Assembly (NCBI GenBank): GCA_041576165.1
Contig: JBFGLM010000057.1
Coordinates: 1 to 25,409, forward strand
DNA length: 25,409 nucleotides
Direction of reading: 5' to 3'
From: Acidimicrobiia bacterium
GTDB lineage: Bacteria > Actinomycetota > Acidimicrobiia > Spongiisociales > Spongiisociaceae
Part shown: positions 16,900 to 23,468 of the stretch, one piece after another
Layout of the letters: the number at the start of each line of letters is the position of its first letter
Numbering within the stretch: the first letter of the stretch is position 1
Made by a program: the position numbers and the translations under genes
Notes under the pieces: model-generated
Database searches by the model: none
Told to the model about the DNA's origin: nothing
Seen by the model: the letters and a program-made list of their open reading frames with translations, nothing else

Positions 16900-17958
16900 A
16901 TGGCCTCGCTCCGTCTGGAATCGGTCACGACGGTGACCGGCGGGACGATCATCCTCGACCGGTTATCCATCTGCATCGAAGATGGCCAGGTGCTGGGCCT
17001 GCTCGGTCGGTCGGGTGCGGGAAAATCATCGGTTCTCCGCGCGATCGCGGGGCTCGATCAGGTGGTCGAAGGCCGGGTGTACATTGGCGACCGCGACGTG
17101 ACCCGGGTGCCGACGAGCGAGCGCGATTTGGGCATGGTCTTCCCCGAGCCGGCATTGCTGTCGCGCAGCACGGTGCGCGACAACATCGGCCTGCCGCTCA
17201 ATGTGCGATCGGTCAGCGCCCGTGAAACGTCGCTCCGGGTCGACGCCGAGAGCCGGGCGTTGGGCATCGATGGGCTTCTCGACCGCAAACCAAACCAGCT
17301 GTCCGTTGGCGAGCGCCAGCTTGTACAGCTGGCCCGGGCTCTGGTCCGCGTCCCGTCGGTCCTGCTGCTGGACGAACCCCTCGCCCGGCTGGACGCGGCG
17401 CTGCAACTGCGATTGCGGCGCGACCTTCGCGAGCTCCTCGAGGGCTACCAGCTGACAACGATCTATGTGACGAAGGACCCGGACGAGGCGATGGCCGTCG
17501 CCGATGCAGTGAGCGTGATCGATCACGGCCGACCGGTACAGTCAGGCGAGTCGGAGGGGGTGCGGCAGCGTCCAGTCAGCCGTTTGGTAGCGGAGCTGAC
17601 TGGCCCACTCGGCACCTTCGACGCAACCATCGAGCGCGACACTGCAGGTTTTGCCGTCGTGGCGCCGGGCCTACGAGTGCGGGCGTGGGCCCCGGCGCTC
17701 GAACGTTACGTCGGCCGGCCGGTTGTGGTCGGGGTGCGGCCGGAGGACGTCGTCGCAGATGGCCTCGGCCCCATAGACGCGCTGGTCCTACCGCTGAGAT
17801 TTCCTGGCCCCGACGTGGCGGGACGGGTGCAGGTTGGAGCGGTTGACCTGGCAATGGGGACACCGCCCGGAGCGGATCCGGGCACCCACGTTCAGGTTCG
17901 TCTCGAGCGGATGCATCTGTTCGATCCGGATGGCAGCCTGATTGCCACCACGGCGTGA
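16900..17958 (+). CDS. MalK/UgpC-like ABC ATP-binding protein with degenerate motifs
   Basis: Walker A GRSGAGKS, Walker B LLLDEP, C-terminal GVRPED and HLFD. Q-loop reads VFPE, signature LSVGE, H-loop VTKD. Confidence 0.88.
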   Translation: MASLRLESVTTVTGGTIILDRLSICIEDGQVLGLLGRSGAGKSSVLRAIAGLDQVVEGRVYIGDRDVTRVPTSERDLGMVFPEPALLSRSTVRDNIGLPLNVRSVSARETSLRVDAESRALGIDGLLDRKPNQLSVGERQLVQLARALVRVPSVLLLDEPLARLDAALQLRLRRDLRELLEGYQLTTIYVTKDPDEAMAVADAVSVIDHGRPVQSGESEGVRQRPVSRLVAELTGPLGTFDATIERDTAGFAVVAPGLRVRAWAPALERYVGRPVVVGVRPEDVVADGLGPIDALVLPLRFPGPDVAGRVQVGAVDLAMGTPPGADPGTHVQVRLERMHLFDPDGSLIATTA

Positions 17959-17961
17959 CGC

Positions 17962-18513
17962 TCAGAATTGGTCGGCGCCGCGGGCGTGACCGATCAGCAC
18001 ACCTCCGGCATTCAGCACCACATGGAGAACGAGGGCCGCCGGCCAGCTGACCGACCGCACCAGGCCAAGACCCACCCAGAACAAGAACAGCCCGGGCATT
18101 CGCCGCCACCGTCCATCGACGAGTGGATGCTTCGCTGCAAAAAGCACCGCGGTTACGCCTACGCCGGCCGCCGGCTCGACGATCGCTCCCCAGATGAGTT
18201 CCTCCACTGGGGCCACCAGGCCGGCAAGTGCGACCAGCTCGAGTCGCGTTCCGTCGGGCGGGGGGCGGTTGGGCCGGTCACACATGATTGCGCGCCCTAG
18301 TGGATAGCCGGCCGTCGCGAGCACCAGTCCCGGCGCCATGCCCCATCCGGCTGAATGCGCAGACGGCGCGGCCGGTCCGATCAGCAGGCCCAGGATGCCG
18401 AGGGTGGTGTAACCGGCGATCCACCCGCGGGCGCGGGAACTGGTGCGATGGCGGGCGAGTCGCTCAATAGCGACAATCCCGGCCAGCCAGGCCGGCCCGG
18501 CGAGCCATGTCAT
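17962..18513 (-). CDS. CPBP (CAAX/Abi-type) intramembrane glutamic endopeptidase family protein
   Basis: APVEELIWG (EExxxR with R->G), LFAAKH, LHVVLN; hydrophobic. ATG 18513 overlaps the upstream stop (ATGA). Confidence 0.8.
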   Translation of the reverse strand: MTWLAGPAWLAGIVAIERLARHRTSSRARGWIAGYTTLGILGLLIGPAAPSAHSAGWGMAPGLVLATAGYPLGRAIMCDRPNRPPPDGTRLELVALAGLVAPVEELIWGAIVEPAAGVGVTAVLFAAKHPLVDGRWRRMPGLFLFWVGLGLVRSVSWPAALVLHVVLNAGGVLIGHARGADQF

Positions 18514-18926
18514 CGGTGGTGAGCGGGGCAGCCTTTGGGTGGCGCCGCGTCTGACGCTTGCATGTGGCTTGAGAAAACGCGGGCCAACGGCGTGCCCGAG
18601 CCCCACAACGGCCCGCCCGCAGCCAGCTGGTACGTCGCCAGCCATCCGCCGTGTGTCGCGTTGCGCCGGACAGCCCATTCCCACACGTCGTGGTGGCGTG
18701 GTCCATGCGCGAATCGCATCAGCGCCTTGCGGCTCTCCCACCAGGTCATCAGCCCGACCGTCGTCGGACCGGCCAGGTAGAGGCGGTGTGCAACATATCC
18801 CTCGGAGGAACGAAGCTCTTTGCGCATCGCCGGCCAGCGCCGGATCAAACCGATCCAGCCGCGAATGCCTCTGACCTGGGTGGCGCCGTCGACCAGGACG
18901 ATCGGCCGTCTGGGGGCAGCGGTCAT
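18510..18926 (-). CDS. ABM-fold DUF4188/DUF3291-like putative monooxygenase or heme protein
   Basis: EGYVAH...TWWESRKALMRFAH.PRH..VW pattern; C-terminal GCPAHHR. ATG 18926 overlaps the ThiF stop (ATGA). Confidence 0.7.
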   Translation of the reverse strand: MTAAPRRPIVLVDGATQVRGIRGWIGLIRRWPAMRKELRSSEGYVAHRLYLAGPTTVGLMTWWESRKALMRFAHGPRHHDVWEWAVRRNATHGGWLATYQLAAGGPLWGSGTPLARVFSSHMQASDAAPPKGCPAHHR

Positions 18927-19798
18927 TTTGCTGCGCTCCGGCGGGCGGCGAACCATACAAACGGCAACTTCGCCAAGGTGCGGGCTCGCCGCAGCAGGCG
19001 GGCGCGTGGGGGTGCAGTGACACCGAATAGATCCACCCGGATCCGTGCGGGCATCGGCTGGTGGTCGACGAGTCGGAGCACCACAGGCACGACCAGCGCA
19101 CCGAACAGCTGGGCAGTCATGGCCAGCTGTGGGAATCCGGAATCGGGGGCGACGCTACCGCCCGCCACAATCGGCAAGATCTCCTCGGGCAGCGCGGTCG
19201 GAGGGATCAGCGCAGCGAGCACATCCTCAGGAGAGGTTTTGTCATCGGCCCGCCCGGCGAGTGGGCTGCCCCCGTTGCGGTAGTCGAATACCTCGATCAG
19301 CTGGCATCCGGCGATGTCGTAGGCGGTTATGACGGGCCGCCGGCCGTCGGCTGCGGCCCGGTGGAGCGCCTGCTTGGCTGCGATCCCGCTGACAGATGTC
19401 ACGTCGATGGCATCGATGACGATGTCATGAGGCGTCAACAACGACGCAACCGCATCGGTGCGAATCCCGCCTGTCAAGACCTCGACGTCCGCATGCGGAT
19501 TGACCGCCAGCACGTGTTCGGCCGCAACCGTCGCTTTGTTGCGCCCAATGTCGGCGACCGTTGCGTTCTGGCGGTTCAAGTTCGACAGGTCGAACGTGTC
19601 CGGATCGGCCAAGAGGAAGCGGGTGGCACCAGTCCGGGCCAGGGGTAGGACGGCTGCGCCGCCGGTCGAGCCGCACCCGGCGACGACGACCCGGATCGAT
19701 CGCAGCCTGGCTTGGGTGGCAGCGGTGATCAGCCCGCTGTTGCGTTTGGTCAGTTCTGCATAAAACCCATCGGAGTTGTGCGTGTCAGGCCGCAGCAT
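18923..19798 (-). CDS. ThiF/MoeB-family adenylyltransferase
   Basis: RNSGLIT...QARL, VAGCGSTG, ADPDTFDLSNLNRQ, GRNK, VIDAID, late FPQL. No CxxC zinc pairs. GAGGA RBS before ATG 19798. Confidence 0.9.
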   Translation of the reverse strand: MLRPDTHNSDGFYAELTKRNSGLITAATQARLRSIRVVVAGCGSTGGAAVLPLARTGATRFLLADPDTFDLSNLNRQNATVADIGRNKATVAAEHVLAVNPHADVEVLTGGIRTDAVASLLTPHDIVIDAIDVTSVSGIAAKQALHRAAADGRRPVITAYDIAGCQLIEVFDYRNGGSPLAGRADDKTSPEDVLAALIPPTALPEEILPIVAGGSVAPDSGFPQLAMTAQLFGALVVPVVLRLVDHQPMPARIRVDLFGVTAPPRARLLRRARTLAKLPFVWFAARRSAAK

Positions 19799-20507
19799 GG
19801 GCGTCCTCGTCCAGCAGGTGCTCCCGTTCCGCCAGGGCACTCCAACGCCACCGGTTCTGCTCAGATATATCGGCCAGCCTCAGAGCGAATGGCACGACTT
19901 TCCTCCCGGCGTAGCGATTGGCCAGCAACCCGGTGACCTGCGGGGAATCCAGTTCCGGTCCGATCCGAACCGGTACGCCCAAGGCACGAAGATGACGCAG
20001 GGCGACGCTCGGCTCGACCTCTCCGACCACGAGTGATGCCTCGCCCCGGGCGGCCATGCCGGCGGCGAGCCGCGCCGCTGCCGTGGTGACTGCCACGACG
20101 GCCCGGCTGGAGTCGCTGCTGCGGTCACGCAGGAAGCGTCCGGCCTCCCAGCATTGCTCCATCGGGATGGCACCGCTGTCGCTCAGGAACTTCGGCCCAT
20201 GGACGTTCTCGAGTCCAAACCACGGACGGCGGGAGTCGGCCAGCACGTGGCCGTCGCCACCGGCGACTCGCCGCAGTGAGATCGTGGCGAGGATTTGCCC
20301 TGGAGTCGCGATCGCCGCGATCTCGTAGTCGTCGGGGCGGTTCGTCTCGATCGGCAATCCGGCACGACGCATCCACTCAACGCTTGCCCGGTCGTAGAAG
20401 CCCGCCTCGAGGTATCGCTCGGTCCGCCACTCGGTGATCCGCTCGGCCAGTTTGCCCAGTTGAGCCCGCCTGCCGGTGATGATCCTGAAGTCTGCGATCT
20501 GTGTCAT
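19785..20507 (-). CDS. Putative N-acyltransferase of the LuxI/FeeM (N-acyl amino acid synthase) GNAT fold
   Basis: WRTERYLEAGF (RxxxY), PDD, GQILATISL, PWFGLE, CWEAGRF (compare LuxI WExSRF), LRALG. GACAAT 6 nt before the ATG. 14-bp overlap with the ThiF gene. Confidence 0.65.
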   Translation of the reverse strand: MTQIADFRIITGRRAQLGKLAERITEWRTERYLEAGFYDRASVEWMRRAGLPIETNRPDDYEIAAIATPGQILATISLRRVAGGDGHVLADSRRPWFGLENVHGPKFLSDSGAIPMEQCWEAGRFLRDRSSDSSRAVVAVTTAAARLAAGMAARGEASLVVGEVEPSVALRHLRALGVPVRIGPELDSPQVTGLLANRYAGRKVVPFALRLADISEQNRWRWSALAEREHLLDEDAHAAA

Positions 20508-20620
20508 GGGTGGATTGTCGGCCGGCGTCTGGCCGCGGCCTATCCGGCAACATCCGGATCGATCCCCCGGGCGCCCTAAGGGTGACTAGGCCCTTCATGC
20601 GTAGCAACTACTGAGCGATG

Positions 20621-20642
20621 TGTAGTAAAAATTATATATACA
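20621..20642. promoter_or_regulatory. AT-rich TGTA-N14-TACA box; candidate XRE operator/promoter
   Basis: TGTAGTAAAAATTATATATACA is a strikingly AT-rich stretch between divergent operons, upstream of a membrane protein + XRE pair. Confidence 0.5.
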
Positions 20643-20656
20643 ATACGGAGAAGCGT

Positions 20657-21220
20657 ATGATCGGCACCTCGGTGGCGACGGCGTCTGGAAGTAGTAGAAG
20701 TGGCAAAGGAGTTCGCTTGGCTGGGAACACAAACACAGTGTCGATTCACCATTCGCTGTTCGGATCGCTGTGCGGTCGCCTGGGACGCTCGCGCGTGGTG
20801 CAGTGGTTCTCTACCCGAACCCGACGGCGCGGGCTCGTCGTCGGTTTCGGTGCGATCCTGGCCGCGTTTCCAATCGCCGGCTGGCTCATCGATCAGATGT
20901 GGGTGACGATGCTGGTGCTGATTCCGTATATGGGCGGATCGCTGTTGCTGGCCGCTACCGGCCAGTACCTGCTCGATCGGCCCCTCAGGTCGTTGGACGA
21001 GCGGCAACGGCAGGTGCGCCAGTCGATCTTCGCCAGTCCATATGCCGTGGGCGCGGCGGTCGGCCTGGCGGGCGGCCTGGTCCTGGCCCGAGCGCTGGAT
21101 GCGCAATCGGAAGCTTCGACTATGGGATGGACGCTCGTGGTGATCGGATTCGTCGTCGGGCTGCCATCGATGATGCTGGTGTGGAAGCTGCCCGAACCCA
21201 TCGACGACGAAACGGACTGA
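20657..21220 (+). CDS. Hypothetical membrane protein (about 4 TM, LDER motif)
   Basis: Four hydrophobic segments and SLDERQRQVR, of the kind found next to COG1476-type XRE genes. Start ATG 20657 (GGAG) or TTG 20717 (AAAGGAG). Confidence 0.75.
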   Translation: MIGTSVATASGSSRSGKGVRLAGNTNTVSIHHSLFGSLCGRLGRSRVVQWFSTRTRRRGLVVGFGAILAAFPIAGWLIDQMWVTMLVLIPYMGGSLLLAATGQYLLDRPLRSLDERQRQVRQSIFASPYAVGAAVGLAGGLVLARALDAQSEASTMGWTLVVIGFVVGLPSMMLVWKLPEPIDDETD

Positions 21221-21222
21221 AG

Positions 21223-21477
21223 GTGGGAGCAAAGGATGAGCCGGCGTTCTATACCCGGCTGCGACTGGTGAGAACCGAACGCGGCGTGTCACGCAAGCAA
21301 CTGGCTGAAGCGGTCGGCGTCCACTACCAAACGATTGGCTACATCGAACGGGGCGAGTACAGCCCCAGTCTCGATCTGGCACTCAAGCTGGCCAAATACT
21401 TCGAACTGCCGGTCGACGCACTGTTCTCCCTCGAGCCATTCCCGCCCCTGGACGCGCGCGCATTGATGGGTGATTAG
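21223..21477 (+). CDS. XRE-family (HTH_3, COG1476-like) transcriptional regulator
   Basis: RLRLVRTERGVSRKQLAEAVGVHYQTIGYIERGEYSPSLDLALKLAKYF. GTG 2 nt after the upstream stop. Confidence 0.92.
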   Translation: MGAKDEPAFYTRLRLVRTERGVSRKQLAEAVGVHYQTIGYIERGEYSPSLDLALKLAKYFELPVDALFSLEPFPPLDARALMGD

Positions 21478-21492
21478 AGCCGGCCGGCGCAG

Positions 21493-22185
21493 CTACCGGC
21501 TGCTGTCCCAAATCTCGAGGAACTGTTCCAGAGTGAAGTCGGGCCGTCGGGCAGCCTCGAGGATGGGAGCTTCTGTTTTCTGCACCGTGCGGATTGCGTC
21601 GGGCAGCCCTCCGAGGTGCTCGGGGGCGATGATGACAGCGCCATGACGATCGGCGTGGATCAGATCACCGGGCCGCACTGTCAGCCCGAATACCCGGACC
21701 GGGATGTCGATCTCGGTGAGGTGGACGAAGGCGTGACTGGGTGAAACCATGCCCGCGAGAATCTGAAACCCCTCGTCGACCTCGTCGAGATCTCGCATCG
21801 ATCCGTTCGTGACGGCTCCCGACACCCCGAGACCCCGATGGATCGCGACGTTGACTTCGCCCCAGAACGCGCCGATGCCGGTCGGTGCGCTCAGATCCTC
21901 GATCACAGTGATTGTCGGCCGCCGGCGGGCGGCCGTTCCCACGTGGACGTAGTACTCGCGGCGCTGCCGCGCCACTTCGGACGCTTCGAGTACCGGCTTG
22001 GCATGGGCGATGATCGTGGCCGTCACCGCATAACCGACGATCGGCGGCAGCGTTGGGTCGAGCGGGACCACCGGCTGGCGGGTGAAACCGTCGGCCGTCC
22101 GGTCGCCCATCACGACCTCGAGCGCGTTGCACACGGTCGGAGTGTCGGTGCGGGTGAGTACCTCGGGAATGCCTTCGTCGGTCAT
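21493..22185 (-). CDS. RraA family protein (HMG/CHA aldolase-like)
   Basis: DTPTVCNALE, GYAVTA, AFWGEVN, VTNGSMRD, GDLIHADRHG. GAGGAGG before ATG 22185. Confidence 0.88.
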   Translation of the reverse strand: MTDEGIPEVLTRTDTPTVCNALEVVMGDRTADGFTRQPVVPLDPTLPPIVGYAVTATIIAHAKPVLEASEVARQRREYYVHVGTAARRRPTITVIEDLSAPTGIGAFWGEVNVAIHRGLGVSGAVTNGSMRDLDEVDEGFQILAGMVSPSHAFVHLTEIDIPVRVFGLTVRPGDLIHADRHGAVIIAPEHLGGLPDAIRTVQKTEAPILEAARRPDFTLEQFLEIWDSSR

Positions 22186-22241
22186 CTGCCCTCCTCGGCG
22201 CCGGACAGTAGCGCTCGTGTCGGCGCGACGGCGGGCCGCGG

Positions 22242-22646
22242 TCAGCGCGGGTCGAGCATGACAACCGGGATGACGCGACTCGTCCTGGCCTCGTACTCGC
22301 CAAATCCGGGGAATTCGGCCTTCTGCTTCTCCCAGATCGGGTCGCGTTCCTCGGGTCCTAGTTCCCGGGCAACCACGTCGACGGTGGTGGTTCCGACTTC
22401 GATCGTCGCCTCCGGGTTCGCCCGCAGGTTGTGATACCACGCAGGATGCGTGTCTGCCCCAGCCTTGGATGCGAATACGGCGAAGCTGTTGCCGATTGCC
22501 TGATACATCAGCGGGTGAACCCGATCCCTACCGCTTTTGGCGCCGGTGGTGTGCAGCAGCAGGAGGGGAGCACCTTTGAACGCGCCATCCACCTTGCCGC
22601 CATTCGCGCGGAACTCTTCGATGATCCGGATGTTCCAGTCCGTCAT
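22242..22646 (-). CDS. Deazaflavin (F420)-dependent nitroreductase family protein (Ddn-like)
   Basis: WNIRIIEEFRANGG, LLLHTTGAKSG, ASKAGA..HPAWYHNLRANP, TSRVIPV. GGAGG before ATG 22646. Confidence 0.93.
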   Translation of the reverse strand: MTDWNIRIIEEFRANGGKVDGAFKGAPLLLLHTTGAKSGRDRVHPLMYQAIGNSFAVFASKAGADTHPAWYHNLRANPEATIEVGTTTVDVVARELGPEERDPIWEKQKAEFPGFGEYEARTSRVIPVVMLDPR

Positions 22647-22775
22647 GCCGCCACCTCCGTCGTCGCTGGTTACCGCAGTTGTCGGGTGCAACCAACCGGT
22701 AGCGCAAAACCTTCCAGCCGGACGGAAGGAAGGCGCGCGAGCTGCTCATCCTGCTCGATCGTCTTCCGGACGCGC

Positions 22776-22809
22776 CTGAGGGGCCCAGGCTCAGGCCCGA
22801 GCCCCTCAG
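22776..22809 (-). terminator. Long stem-loop downstream of the small membrane protein gene
   Basis: CTGAGGGGC/GCCCCTCAG arms, extending to about 15 bp with G-U pairs on the minus-strand RNA; 9 nt after the stop codon. No U tract. Confidence 0.6.
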
Positions 22810-22818
22810 TGACCTCGA

Positions 22819-23154
22819 TCAGGCGACCCGGCGCAGGCCGTGCTGGCGCTCGAGTTCTTCGGCCTGATCGGTGACCTTGCGGAAGAAGCTCGAGATCAAC
22901 CCGATGACCTCTCGCCAGAAGTACGCGACGCCGCCGATGGCCAGGCCGCTGAGCGTCACCCCGATCCAGTCGGCGCGAGCCCCAATCCCCCATAGCTCGA
23001 AGAAGCTGAAGTCGAGCAGCCAGGCACCACCGATGCCCAGGATGACAAAGGCGGCCGCCCAGTACTCGGCTGCGAGGGAGAAGAGCCGCTCGCCGACCAT
23101 GGTGAGCGCCCAAACTGCGAGGCCCAGCAACGCAATCGTCGCGAAGACGTACAT
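22819..23154 (-). CDS. Small hypothetical membrane protein (about 3 TM, charged C-terminal tail)
   Basis: TAAGGAGGT SD before ATG 23154; 111 aa; hydrophobic segments followed by RKVTDQAEELERQHGLRRVA. Confidence 0.85.
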   Translation of the reverse strand: MYVFATIALLGLAVWALTMVGERLFSLAAEYWAAAFVILGIGGAWLLDFSFFELWGIGARADWIGVTLSGLAIGGVAYFWREVIGLISSFFRKVTDQAEELERQHGLRRVA

Positions 23155-23468
23155 ACAGACCTCCTTATACAACCCCTTCTCTGACCCGTCGGTGGGGCCG
23201 AAGGACCCAGCCGTCGTCCCTGGCGCCGCAGCTGCTGACACCGGCTCCAATCGACTGAATGGCCTCGCGCGCATCTTATATCAGGTGTATCAGAAGATCT
23301 AGAGGAGTTCGGCTGAGGTCGGGTTCCGCTGATGACGTGGTTATCGGGCGCCGCTAAGCCCTTTTTGACCCCTCGAAGCGGCTGGGTTGTGGCTCGAGCG
23401 CGGGCCGGCATAAACCTTTTCGCTCCCGGCGACGACTCTGTATTGACACGCTGCCAGGGGAACCCTTC

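Noticed and set aside
18923-19798. MoeB/ThiF of cofactor biosynthesis, or an E1 of a ubiquitin-like defence system
   Set aside because: No CxxC zinc motifs, and no ThiS/MoaD/Ubl, E2, JAB or cyclase gene in the window.
19785-20507. Bona fide AHL synthase (luxI)
   Set aside because: Only part of the LuxI motif set is visible and there is no luxR nearby; coupling to ThiF fits an N-acyl amino acid synthase better.
17962-20620. Microcin C-like or other RiPP cluster (ThiF + GNAT + CPBP)
   Set aside because: No short precursor ORF with an RBS was found nearby, the ThiF lacks an N-terminal peptide-recognition extension, and the GNAT looks LuxI/FeeM-like rather than like a RimL-type immunity acetylase. 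A distant precursor cannot be excluded.
22242-22646. F420 nitroreductase as the missing oxidase of the ThiF operon
   Set aside because: It is a split-barrel Ddn-family protein, not the FMN nitroreductase fold of OxzB/TyzC; it is separated by three unrelated genes and is common in Actinobacteria.
23410-23450. Promoter elements upstream of the SLH gene (AAACC...CGAC ECF-like; TTGACA)
   Set aside because: TTGACA has no properly spaced -10 box, and the ECF-like match is too short to distinguish from chance.
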